Notes: generated by a model not told the origin, from the sequence alone. A DNA stretch of 64,000 nucleotides from Zootoca vivipara (GCF_963506605.1 NC_083284.1:35278001-35342000); one strand, 5' to 3'; numbered from the stretch's first letter, positions 27,120 through 39,837 are shown. A program made the numbers and translations.

Positions 27120-27420
27120 AATATAGGAAGCTGCCGTATACCAAGTGCGGTCCATTTATCTATTCAGCTCAGTACTGTCTACATCAGTGTTTCCCAAACT
27201 TGAGTCTCCAGCTGTTTTTGGATTACAGTTCCCATCATCACTGACCACTGGTCTTGCGAGTTAGGGACGATAGGAGCTATAAACCAAAAACAAGTTTGGG
27301 AAACACTGGTCTACACTGACTGGCCATGGCTTTCCAGGGTTTCAGACAAGGAAATGTGTGGAGATACTGCCAGGAATCTTTTGCATGCAAAGCAAATGCA
27401 CAACCACAGAGCTAAGGCCC
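27120..27420 (-). mobile_element. tRNA(Ala)-derived SINE with CR1-type tail, interrupted by a MITE
   Basis: ataggaagctgcc..tacc...gctcagtactgtctaca[MITE]ctgactggc...ttttgcatgcaaagca...gagcta. Confidence 0.75.
27185..27308. mobile_element. hAT MITE nested in a SINE
   Basis: TIR cagtgtttcccaaactt/aagtttgggaaacactg; TSD gtctacat/gtctacac. Confidence 0.88.
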
Positions 27421-29647
27421 TTTCCCCTGTTCATGCAACTTTCCCCTTAACAACCACTTTGAGAAGGGAGGGTGGACTAAGCGAGTAAGCATGTCAACCC
27501 TCACTCCTTGACATGGCCTGTCTGCAGGTTTTGTTGTTACTCCAGCATTTTCTGAGGGAGACAGAGGTACAGCCCCCAGAGGCTTCCAGGGTGGCCGCTG
27601 GCTTATTTCAAACAGCATATAGCATCAGGATACAATTATTCAAATAATTCCTGTGCCTTAAGGCTTGACAGGAAACACTTTCCTCTCCCAGTACCATGCA
27701 ATTGCTGTCCCCAAGTCCTGCCATCGGTGCCTCAATAACAGCATGAAATGTAACCTAGGGCAAAGTAACACCTTCTCTGGGGGAAAAGGCATGTTCCATC
27801 TTCCATTTGCCAGGACAAGGACTGGACGGGGGTGAAACGAGTGGGATACAAGTTCACAAATTTTACAAATCTGAACATGTCCGGACTTTGCTGCAGGAAA
27901 ATGCCCTTGTCTGTTCGTTTTTCAAAGTGTCATATGAATGTTCATGCAGTTCAGTGGATAAGTGTTGATTCCTTTACAATACAGAGTATGCTGATTATTT
28001 TCAATAGAACCATGTAAAAATATTTTAAACAGTTCCAGAAACTGTACCAGGCATGGTGCAGCAGAGTGGAATTCACACTACTCTGAACTTTGCAATGCAG
28101 TTCCTCAGTGGATCCTGGAGGACATTCTGCAGCTTCGGGTGGTGCCTCCCATTGGCTCAATGGGCAGGGTCTAAACCTTCTGACCACCTCCCCCAGGGCC
28201 ATCCTGTCTGCCCAGATCAGCCTTGCCTCTTGTTGCCTTTCAACTACTGTACCTTTCAAGCCTCACCTTTTCCCCACTTTTCTTCCAAAAGGCAAGCCAA
28301 GGAGGGACAATCTGGAAGGGACAGGATGGCTCATGCTCCTGGGTGAGGTGGTCTGAATGCCTTAGACCTTGCCTGTTAAGCAAGTGGGAGTTGCCATCCC
28401 CAGCTACATTATGACACCCAGCAAGCGCTAAGAATAGGAATTCATGGTAAGTGTTTCCACTTGTTCTATAACCAGAAAATGCATATATTAGTGAAAAAGG
28501 CATTCTCTTAGGGGAAATTGCCTGCAAAAACATGAGCATTAGTCAAAACTGCATACAAAAATAGAGAACTAAAAATGCTAATGAATTTTCATGTGGATTT
28601 TTTAAAAATAAGAGTTTTCAAATTGCTGCAGAAATCATAAAAGCATAGAATTGTAGGTTGGACAAATAAGCAAGTGGGAGAACCATCCATATTTTCAACA
28701 GCTCTGAAATTATCGTTGGCCATATATACCCTTTGCTAAATGCAATGCAGCTTACTTTAAGAATATACAAAATGTGAAGTCTCCCTTACGTTCGGTATCT
28801 GGCATTCTCATACATTAAAATAAATTTCACTTATGTATATAGCCTTAAACTGCCTTCCTATTTTTTTTTCAGGACTGGGGGAAGGGGAGAGGAAGAGAAA
28901 TCTTGGTATGAAATCATTTCACAACAAACCAAATTTTATAACAGTCCTGAAAGATTAAAGGAAATTTATTAGAAAGTTGGACGTGCTAGTTGGTGCTGCT
29001 TTGACAAACCCAACATGACATTCTTCAGGGTTTTCCTTTTAATTTAAAGTACTATATCAGGCTGATATAGGAAACATTATGGCCTTTTGGCTTCTTGCCT
29101 GAGCAAATAATTATTTCTGCTGCTTAGGAAAAACACCTCCTCTCGCTCCACTTGGTAGCAAAGGGAGATATCAAGGATCTCACTTAAAAACATCCAGGCT
29201 GCTCTTTTGGAGCCCTTCATCCAGTACATGCTAACGCCATTCTGCTGGGAGATTGCTATTCTAACATAATGAGATATTAATGAGCTTTGCACATGTTCCA
29301 ACCCGCAACAGCCTCCCCCCCCTCTTTCCCACAAAACTAGAGATTCTCGTCCTGTTTTTTTCTGACACTGCAGTTGTGCTTCTCTTCCCTTTCTCCCCCC
29401 CCATCCCCGTTCTCCGCCCTCCCTGCCTCCCAGCACTGCTGCACAGTTTGCCTTAAGCTGCCAGCACTAAACAGCACCAAATGGGCTGGCACCGTCTTGT
29501 TTCCTGGCCTAATGGATGCTTGTTTAAACACAGGGGCTGTTTGCATTGCTGCAGCTCACTGCATGTTAAACACAGTCCTCTGAAACCCTACGCCAATCCA
29601 ATAAAGGTATCAGCAGTACAGCGTGGGGAGGCAATTACTATAAGGTC

Positions 29648-29787
29648 NNNNNNNNNNNNNNNNNNNNNNNNNNNNNNNNNNNNNNNNNNNNNNNNNNNNN
29701 NNNNNNNNNNNNNNNNNNNNNNNNNNNNNNNNNNNNNNNNNNNNNNNNNNNNNNNNNNNNNNNNNNNNNNNNNNNNNNNNNNNNNNN
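29648..29787. other. N gap (140 nt)
   Basis: Run of n. Confidence 0.99.
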
Positions 29788-30922
29788 GAGCTAGTGAGAG
29801 CAAATGCACATTGTTAAGAGGGGCTTTAAGCATTTGCCTGTTAGAAATGCCATCTGCTGCATATACCAAGAGATCGGCTCCCTTCTCTCTCTTTCCTTTG
29901 AAATCCTAAAAGATGCAGAGGCTTTTATTTTTTTTAAATTTTATACCGTGCAGCTTCCCCTGCAGGCCTCTCATCAATCTTTAAAACAATTCTCTTCTGT
30001 TAAAGGTCCCCTTTCCAGCTCAATATCATTGTAATATCAAAGGGGTGAGGTAAAGAGATGAAAACCAGAATGACAAAGGACTCGTTATAGATATAGATAT
30101 ATATATCTATATCTCCACCGGCCTATTTTTCAAAGGCTCTCACCCTAATGATAGTCAATATTTGAAGGAATCAGCTCTCCACCTTTGCAGGGCCAGAAAT
30201 CCAGGAAGGGGGAGAAGCTGCATATCAATTCGTTTTAGTTGAGAAACAAAGACATTTCCAATGTGGGGGGGGGCATCCACTTCCTCTGTTTGAAATAGAT
30301 AATAGAAAATTGCGGAAACTGTTGCTTCTTAGTTCCGACTTACTTTAACAGCTTCTAAACCAGGGCTTGCTCCAAAGGACACCTTTGCTGATGAGATGGA
30401 AAGTTTCCCCAAGTGCCTGTCATGGATACATTCATTATGAAGGATTTAGGAGCATAAGACATGCCACACAGAACCAAACCAACAGTCCATCTAATTTGAT
30501 TTCCTGCCTCCAGCAATAGATCCCTCCGCCAGTACTGGCAAGGAAAAGGCAAAATCCCCTCGCCTGCTTCAAATGCAGCCAGCTGGTTTTTACTGTATTG
30601 GTTGATTTCTGCTTTCAAACTGCAGTAGTGATTAGTGGATGTGCCTCGTCTGGCAATGGCAGCTCATTTTTGCCCTGTGGAATTTGGCAGGCCTCTGTGG
30701 TGCCCAGCAGCACCCTGGCTAGTGGGTTCAAACTTTGACTTAAACTAAGTGAAGTACCTCTCACAGCATCATAAATCCAGTGTGATCCAGAGCAGAGGAT
30801 GATGCCAAGTAGGTATTGAACTCAAGCTTGGGGCAGCTTTCTGGAATGCAAGAAGCAGCCCTTTCTGAAAATATTGCTAAGGAGTGCAAATATTTTCAGG
30901 AGTCTGAATCCCTGGTAAAGTA

Positions 30923-31101
30923 CTGTATATTCCTGTGTGACTAACTACTTTTTAACCCAGGAAAATCTTCTCAAAAGTCAGGGATCGTCTTATATGCTGG
31001 GTTGTATTTCTTATACGGCGAGTATATCCCACTATATTTTTAACTGGAAAGGTTGGGGGTCGTCTTATACGCCCAGTCGTCTTATACGCCAGAATATACG
31101 G
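30923..31101. mobile_element. Tc1/mariner-pogo (Tc2-like) MITE
   Basis: TA|ctgtatattc...gaatatacgg|TA with repeated cgtcttatacg subterminal motifs. Confidence 0.75.
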
Positions 31102-32271
31102 TACCAGTAAGAGGAAAAGGCCTGCCTGAAAGTCATACCTAACTTCACATCTTCGGCTCACTCAACTTCCAAAGTTTAGCACTTAAAAAAGAAGATTAAA
31201 ATAATATACAATGGAACGTGATGTACTTGTGATGCTACTGCTGCAAAGGAGATGGAGAAGCAGCTGAGATGTATTGGAGAGCGAACAGAGAGAAAAAGTA
31301 TCTGTGCCCCACAAGCAAAGTCTACAGCAGATGGGACAGAACAAACTTCTGCTGAAGTACTAACAAGAGGAGAAAGACAAGAAAACAAAACGAAATATCA
31401 ATGTCAGATCAAAGCAAAAGGCTTGGAACACAGAGGCCCAGCACTGCAAGGGGTTAGATTTTCCAACACAGATTTGCTTGTCCTTCCATGCTGATGAAAG
31501 TGTGCTGAATTCCCCCCCCCCCACACACACCATGCATTCTAATATAAAGGCTGGGGAAATGGGGACTTGTTAAGCATTAACACATTAACCACTCAATGCA
31601 TTGGTGATCTGTAGCAGTAATCCTTGGCAGGCAACTCTGATTAGGGAAGGTACTCCCTTGAGCTACAGTCTCATGGCCAGAGTAATTTCTTAAGGAATAA
31701 CTCATCTTCCCTGGTTTTCCTTCATGATTCTCACTGTGTAACCTGTGTGCATGGGAAATACACATTTTCCTATTTTACAACATGTATACATCATGAAATA
31801 TGCACATGAACAGGTATAATTCCCAAGGAATAAAAGTATCATATGGATGTTTGAAGTCAAGTAAGGCGGATGATATTTTCCCACCTATTTAATTTTGCTG
31901 ATAGGGTACTTTTTGAGCAAAACTTACTCCTTTGCCTGTGAAAAGGTATGGATAATGAAAGGAAATCATGAGATGTTCCTGATAGGTATTAGCTTTCTGA
32001 TCTGCATTCACTGCATGTGTTCATGTGTGTAACGTCTGTTTGTCAAGTTGGGTTATGCAAAAGTCAAGCCAAAGGCATTAAAAAGAAGATGGGAAGCATT
32101 GCTTGTCTTGCCACTTTTACAGGTGTATATAACACACCGGCATGTGGGAGAGACAAGCACTTACATTGTTAAAAGAGTATAAGACATTTGGAAACACATA
32201 AATGGCCTGACTTCCACTGAAACTGCCCTTGGCAGATCCACCTCTGTTGGTGCAGGTCTGTTCTAATCCTA

Positions 32272-33251
32272 TCCTATATAATAATGTCCAAGTTGTCCCT
32301 GCGTCCAAGCTGTCCCGTGTGTCCCTGGGTCACTGCGCATGTCCCCCAGGGACACAGGGATTGGACAGCAGAGACTGGACACACACACGCGCGCTCTCCC
32401 CCCCCTCTGCCTCTTCCAACCGCCGCTCTCCAGACAGTGCCTCACTGCACTTGCGTTAAAGCGCGAGGAGGAGGAGGCTGCTTCCCCCCCTACACTCCCC
32501 CTAGGCGCCGGCTGAGGGAGGCAGGGCGCGTTGGGGAAGCGAGGGTGGAGGAGGTGAATGGGGGGAGGTTTGTGCCTGTGTGTGAGAGGGAGAGGGCACG
32601 TGGAGGGAGGCGCTCACACCCCTTTATCTCTACCGCCTTTCCCCTGGGCTGAGGGCTCGGGCGGCCGTTGCTGCCGCCGCTGCGCCTCTTTGTGGGGGCG
32701 GAGCCCCGCCGGGCGCCTCTCTTTAGTTCCTTCACTCCGTGACGGGGAAGCGGCGCCGCGGCCCCGGCTTCTCCTATAGCCGAGCGCCAGGGTTGCGATC
32801 TGGCCTTGCCGCTGCTGCTGCCGAGACGCGCTCTGTACCGGGAGCTGAGCCAGTTTCCTCAGGTGACTTACCGTATGCCAGTGTAGGAGTCTGGTTTGCT
32901 GCCGGCGGTGGCGGCTGCCGCCGAGTGCCTGCCCCTCTACACTGAGTGCCTGCCCCGTCGTGGGGCCGCCGCACACCAGGACGAGGCTGCCACCTCCTCC
33001 TCGCCCTCTTCCTGGGGCCGCTTCTCCCCGTGCTCCGGCTCTGACACCAGGCCGGGCCTGCCCAGCAGCGCGCCCCACAGAGTGTAGCTGCTGCCGGGGC
33101 CACTTCCCTCAGCCTGCTGCGCTGGCTGCTCTTCGGGCGGCGGCGGCGGCAAGAGTAGCACATCCACCTGGGCCTGCCCCATCGCCGCCGCCACCAAGAG
33201 GCCGCCACATATGTTCTAGCGCCCGTTTTTAACGGGCTGAAATGACACTAG
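32272..33251 (+). mobile_element. Non-autonomous Helitron with GC-rich captured interior
   Basis: 5' end a|TCCTATATAATAA; 3' hairpin GCCCGTT-ttt-AACGGGC (33221-33237) 10 nt before the terminal CTAG (33248-33251)|t; inserted between A and T with no TSD. The 5' TC could alternatively be 32267. Confidence 0.82.
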
Positions 33252-33911
33252 TCATGTATAAGATGTGTGTGGCAGGGCAGAAGGAGAGTATCCAAGCCAA
33301 AAGTGCAAAGTGGGTATGCTCATGGAGATTCTTGAATCTTCCTCCCTTTCATAGTGTATGCCTTTGAAGTCTGTTGTGAAAGTTAAAAAATATTCAGACC
33401 CAGCCAGGTTACAAGAGAGATGAGCCCAGCTGGGAGAACATCACCTTGAGGGCTACACTGAACAGAGAAATGCCCCTCTTACTTTTTAAATCCACCCCCC
33501 CATCCAACCTCGCACTTGATATGTGATTGGGAAGACTTCCGTTTGAATAAATGTCTGCTGCTATCATACCTGGCTTGGCTCTAAATAGTTTCATTTGCTA
33601 CTATGTTGAAGACCTGATTTGTGGTTGTGTTTATGTCTGCATGAAGCACTATGAAGGCTTTAACAGGGTTCCTGCACCATTAATTAAAACTTCCTGTTGA
33701 AAGGGCTTGCCCATTTTACTGCTTCCACTGGAAGAAGCACATCTACATCTAACCATGTCACTTCTGTAAGAGCCTGTCCAGAAAGAGTACAAACACTAGG
33801 AAGAAAACTTTGTCCTATCAATGCTTTAATTAGAAGTTCGGAAAAATGTAGACTCAAAAAGATGAGGCACACAGTTGCAGTGGGCGGCTTTAAAGAAGAG
33901 GAGATGCTAGA

Positions 33912-34212
33912 CAGGGTCCCCAAACTAAGGCCTGGGGGCCGGATGCGGCCCAATCACCTTCTAAATCCGGCCACAGGACTCAGCATGTTTTTACATGAAT
34001 AGAATGTGTCCTTTTATTTAAAATGCATCTCTGGGTTATTTGTGGGGCCTGACTGGTGTTTTTACATGAGTAGAATGTGTCCTTTTATTTAAAATGCATC
34101 TCTGTGTTATTTGTGGGGCATAGGAATTCGTTCATATTTTTTTCAAAATATGACCCACAAGGTCTGAGGTACAGTGGACTGGCCCCCTCCTGGAAAAGTT
34201 TGCTGACCCCTG
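33912..34212. mobile_element. hAT MITE (OC1/MER30-like) with internal ~60-bp duplication
   Basis: cagggtccccaaact/aagtttgctgacccctg; both flanks contain tgctag; same family as 40149 and 60091 in reverse orientation. Confidence 0.85.
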
Positions 34213-34419
34213 TGCTAGGAGAAAACACGCTCTTGTCTCCTGGGACAGCTAATCAGCAAACGCTCAAGGCCAAGGAAGAAAAAATGTGGACACTCCTTTC
34301 ATTTAAGCAAGAGACTGGATTATCATTAGCTAGGACACAAAACTAGAGCCCTAAAGACTCAGCCTGTAGACTCCAGCAGCTTCTATTCTTCATTTCAGGT
34401 TTCCTCCAATTTTGCAGAT

Positions 34420-34558
34420 NNNNNNNNNNNNNNNNNNNNNNNNNNNNNNNNNNNNNNNNNNNNNNNNNNNNNNNNNNNNNNNNNNNNNNNNNNNNNNNNN
34501 NNNNNNNNNNNNNNNNNNNNNNNNNNNNNNNNNNNNNNNNNNNNNNNNNNNNNNNNNN
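34420..34558. other. N gap (139 nt)
   Basis: Run of n. Confidence 0.99.
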
Positions 34559-36957
34559 ATATGCACAAATACATGAGTCTCCTGCGAGGCTGGGGCTGTG
34601 CCAAGCAAGGAAGGTCCCAGGAGCAGCAACGTGTGGGCTTTTTGCCAAGCTATTCTGATGGTTGAGACTGTCATGATCCCATCAGGACAGCCCATGCCTG
34701 CTAAATATTTGCCTAATCCAATGTGGACTACTCATACTTCGGGTCTTATAATAATAAATATTATTATAACAGGCAGCTCTTGACACTCAATGCTATTCAA
34801 CTTCCTGAGGTCACCCTCAGATTTTGTTTGAAAACAAGGAGTTCAGGCATGTGTGTTGTAGGGTGCTCAGAGAGAGAGAAAAAGAGAGGAATGGATCACC
34901 CGAGTCCCTTTCCCCACAGAGGCTTACAATTCCTGTCCTTGCTGGAAATACTTTTGCAAGAAAACAAACAAACATTGGGTTCCCACAGCTCCTTTTCACA
35001 GAAAGACAGCACATCACTCACTGATCCTTCTGCTCCCTGTTCTTCCTCCAGAGATTCAAATGTTCCTCAAGTGGTAGTGGATACTTCAGTAATATCTTTT
35101 TTTTCTCTTGTCATCCAAACACCGTTATAACATTACAGAGCCAAGTAGCAAGAAAAGTAAAATGGACTGGGCAGAGGGAGAATAACCCTTCAGAACAAAA
35201 CTGAAGAACCACTTTCTGAAATAAGAATCAGAGAAATCAGAGAACTGAATGGCGTGTTGTAGTCTACTCCCAACCACTATACTCAACTGAAGAGTGGAAA
35301 GTTCATTTCATAAAAAAAGGAAGTAGTGATCAGTTGAAGTTAAACATGTCAAAAAAGGAACTAAGTCCACTTCATGTTCGCACCTTCACAGAACAAACCA
35401 GTGCAGCCCATGGTTCAATTCAAGTTCATCCAAATGTTCCCCAACAATCCCCCCCTGCATTTGGAACATTATTATTATTCATATGTTTGATTTATTAACC
35501 AACTTCAAAACCACCATCTCAAAGCAACTTCTATATAAGATCATTAAAAACACAAAAATGACAAATACATTTAAAACAAGAAAAAAAAACCCCTAACCAA
35601 TAGACATTCATGATAAAGACTCATTTATCCAGCTGGGGAAGCCTGTCAGAACAAAAATGTCTTCAGGTGTTTCCAGAATATTCAGACAGAAGGCACCTGT
35701 CTTATTTTGATAGGAGTAGTTGCACTAAAAAGGGGTGTCTTCACACATTACAAAATATCACATGTCATGGCTGTATGCCATGTGCGCCTAAAAGGTGCAA
35801 CACCTTCCCCCCTCTTTTTAAATGTAACATATATGTTACTAGAAGGTCTCCACAACACATGTATAAACAGTGTACGTTTAGTAGGCAGGTATGTGGCCAC
35901 AAGCATTGTGACGTGTGAAGCAGCTCTGATTGTCAAACTTCAGAGAACTTCTCTCAAGACACACTTTTCAGCATCAACCATCTGATGTATAAGAGAGCTA
36001 CCATTATGCAACCGAACCAATGCTTAGAGAGGCATCTCTTGGCTTTGCTAAGTACGGCCCAGGGCTGTACATTAATGTGAACATCTGTTTGATTTTCATT
36101 ATTAATCATTTGTTTTCACTGATGTCCATCCTCCTTAGCAAGCCATTGCCCTTCCCTACACATCACATCTCTATTCACAGCCATATGAACCAAATCAAAT
36201 CAAGCCCTTTTCTCCGGACAAAGCCCTATGAATACTCAGAAGTTTATTAGTAATGACTCCAAGCAAGGGGGTGCTTTAACAAAGCAAATGCACAGAAGGA
36301 AGCTACCATGCAAAGTTCACTGGAAGAAAAATGTTTTGCCCCCTTTTAATGCCATCTTGCTTTATTTGCACCAAGAGGAGAGAAACCTTTCCAGCCCAGG
36401 GGCCAGATTCCCTCAGGAGCAAACTCCCAAGGGCCACATACCATAGCAATGGACAGAGCCAGAGGCAAAAGTGGGCAAAACGATGGATAGGACTCTTACC
36501 TCTGTAGGTCATATTCCAGCCACACACAAGCCAGAGGTTTCTACATCCAAGTCAAGCAAACAGCAGCACCACAACCCAATGTCTTATTTTTGCCAGGCAA
36601 ACACACAGAGAATTGGTGGAGGGAGAGCTCCAAGGGCCAGAGGGCTGCATTTTTCCCTGGGCCTGAGGTCCCAGACTCCTGACTTACACCAAGGAAGACC
36701 TTCTGTACTCCTGGGCAGGGTGGGGGACTACTCTACCTTTGTGAGATAGGCCAAAGGTTTATTTTACCACTCAAACCACATTCAGAGCATTTGAACTCAG
36801 GTCTAGCTGGGGTGACATGTCTGTGGGTAATACCAGGCGGATGCAGGATATGTGCATGTTATTATGTTAAAAGGGCAGCATGTGGAACATGTGCCAGAGA
36901 TACCTGGAATCAACCGTGACCTACAGTAAACTGTAAGTACAGACATGGCCTTTAGAT

Positions 36958-37663
36958 CAGTGATGGGCAACCTTTTGAGCTTGGTGTGTCAAAATTCGCC
37001 AAAAAAACTGAGCATAACTCGGGTGGTGTGTCACTTCGAGAAAAAAACCATAATTTCGCGATATTTATAGTTTAAATAACAAAAATGTATAATTGTAATA
37101 TATTACTGTATTTAATAAACCAAAAACTATTTTTTTAACCAAACCAAACCAAAAACCCCTTATTTATCACAAAGTGCTGTTGTTGAGCTTTTTTGGGGGA
37201 GCTGCTGACCAATGTTGTGGAGGTTTTTCTGGGGGTGCAAAAGTTGCTTTGCTTTTTTGGGGGGGGTGCCCCAAAGCTGCTGCGCTTTTGGGGGGGGAGA
37301 GAACAGAAATAAATGACGAATAATACCTTCGCTGGAACTAACACGCAGCACCGACATAGTCTGCCAAAGGGCCAAAAAACCCAGCACAGAACGGGTTAAA
37401 AATGAATGCTATTACACCCAATCATCGTCTGCCAAAGCGCCGGAAAAAAACATCACAAAGGGTTAAAAAACCAATCTCTGGCTACCGGCAACAACAACCC
37501 AAAAAAGGATCCTGGTTTTAACAGCTTGTAGCTTGAGGAGGAGCAGGAGAACAAATTGGGGGGGGGGGACAACAACAGCGTGAATGGGCTGATAGGGCGC
37601 GTGCCAGCAGTGAGGGCTCTGCGTGTCACGTCTGACACGCGTGTTATAGGTTTGCCATCACTG
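36958..37663. mobile_element. Non-autonomous hAT element
   Basis: TIR cagtgatgggcaacc/ggtttgccatcactg; TSD ctttagat (36950-36957, 37664-37671); subterminal palindrome gcgtgtca-cgtc-tgacacgc. Confidence 0.92.
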
Positions 37664-38817
37664 CTTTAGATAGTGGGCCAAATGACTTGACTGATTCAGA
37701 ATGATGAAGCTTGCACATGAAGACATGCTTTTACTCAAGAACTAGTTTTCTAAGCTTGTCCAAAGCAAATATGCTTTTGACAACATGTCAATGCTTTAGC
37801 ATAAAGTAAAATCCAATATTTGACCCAGGTGAATAGCTTCATGTTAAGATCACACACTCTTCATTGTACAGTAGAGGGTGGATCAAATGATTTTGAGCCA
37901 CATCTTATCAAAGGTATATTAATTCCAAGATGCATGTATATATCTATATCTATATCCTACTACCTTTAAAATCATTTTTCATGCCCAGGTGGCTTAGAAT
38001 CTGCACTTCTTTTTTGTCACCTATTCCCAAATTCCATGCAAGCAAAATACATATAGCTGAAACATAAATTCTGTTTCAATGGTCCGTAACCAGAAAACAG
38101 AAAACAAATATTTTAAAAAGGAGCAGTCCAAGGATATACTAGAATACTTTACTAAAAAAAACTGTTTATCCCCACATACACCCCCAGCAAGCTAAGATGG
38201 GCACTTTATTATTAGTATTATTACATTACAGATTTTAGCCATTCTTAATAGTCCATGTGTCAGGCCATGGCCCCCTCTGCATTTAAAACACATTATAAAT
38301 TATTGTTTGCAGCTTAAATTTTATTCTGCAGGGACTGTGGCAAATGCCACTTATGCAGCTCTTCTGCCCATAAGGTAAACAGCCTGGATAAGATCGCTGC
38401 ACCATGCTAATGGGAGTAATCTTCCAATCCCATAGGGCCAGTTTAAATGGTTTAACTTAGACATGTGAATTTATGTTGTTCTATTATGAGAACTTTGGGG
38501 GGGAAGAGGGGAGTTTTCACCAGGTGACAGACTGCCCTACCACATAATATATCATTAAAAAGGAAAACATCTGGCTGCTTTTTTATGCCAATAACCAGGA
38601 AAAATAGTGAGAGAATAAGTTTTAAATCTATACTGTGGGACGTATTATTGCTCCTATTTTGACATCCTACCTAATTTTCAATTGTCCTTGACTAACATAA
38701 GCGCACACTGAATTTTGTCATTTGTGTGTGTGTGTGTGTTTGTGCGGTTTAAGAAAAAATAAAATAGATATAATTTTGATTTAGTTGGATTGCTCTTTAA
38801 GGCATTGACTCTCCGAT

Positions 38818-39065
38818 GAGCCAGTGTGGTGTAATGGTTAGGAGCAATGGACTCGTAATCTGGTGAACCGGGTTCGATTCCCCACTCCTCCACAAGCAGC
38901 TGATGGGTGACCTTGGGCTAGTCACACTTCTCTGAAGTCTCTCAGCCTCACTCACCTCAGAGAGTGTTTGTTGTGGGGGAGGAAGGGAAAGGAGATTGTT
39001 AGCCGCTTTGAGACTCCTTGGGGTAGTGATAAAGCGGGGTATCAAATCCAAACTCCTCTTCTTCT
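38818..39065 (+). mobile_element. tRNA-derived SINE with L2-type tail (Squam3-like)
   Basis: A box tggtgtaatgg, B box ggttcgattcc, core gggtgaccttgggctagtcac, 3' gttagccgctttgagactcc...(tct)n; near-identical copy at 54277. Confidence 0.85.
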
Positions 39066-39837
39066 GTGGATATCACAATAATAAGCTGCAGCAAGCCCCC
39101 AGGCTTGCATGTCCACAGTTTCTCCTGCATCGCCAAGAGGAAAATTTCAGAAGCTTATACTTTTGCTTTTATTTCCAGGTGGTTGGCATCATGAAGCTGC
39201 TTATGAAGCCTGCCTATGTAAGCTAACCATGTTTAGTGCAAACTATGGGCAGCCTGAGGAGTGTGCAAGCAGACTAGGGGCTTCTTCATGGCTCTGTCTC
39301 AGTTCTGGAACTGCCTCCCTATAAATGTGAGGGTGGTCTTGACCTGGATGGGCTTCTGACACATGAAGGCTTCCTTACTCTCCCAAGCTTGCAGAGGCCA
39401 CATTTAGTTCAACTTAACTTTCTTCTACCTTCTAGCCCTCCTGTTAGATTGTTATGATTCCATTGCTCATTTAATTGTACTTTAATCACTTTCTGTAACT
39501 CCCATTGGAATGTATGGTTTTGACACAAACCACTCTTTGATATAAACAGTATTTTTTAAAAGAAAAAAAGAAAAGAAAAGCAGTATACAATAATACAAAA
39601 TAAATGAATAAACAAATCATGCACACCCCTTGGTTTGGACCAAAAGGGAAAGCCTTTTGTTTCAGACAAAGCAGAAAACCATGGTTTATATAACTGGTAG
39701 TAACTTTTCTGCCATGCTCTTTGAGACTGTGTTAGGAGGAGAAGGGAAGGGAAATGCATGGAAACCTGAGGCTCACATTGGTTCATGTGCATCACAATAA
39801 ACATGTCTGTTTATCAGTAAAGGTATTAAAAAAAAAA

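Noticed and set aside
29481-29909. ORFs spanning N runs (also 34343-34695)
   Set aside because: Artefacts of unresolved gaps; content cannot be assessed.
32272-33251. Canonical MAML3 exon 1/promoter
   Set aside because: No frame encodes the conserved mastermind basic domain, and the block has Helitron termini.
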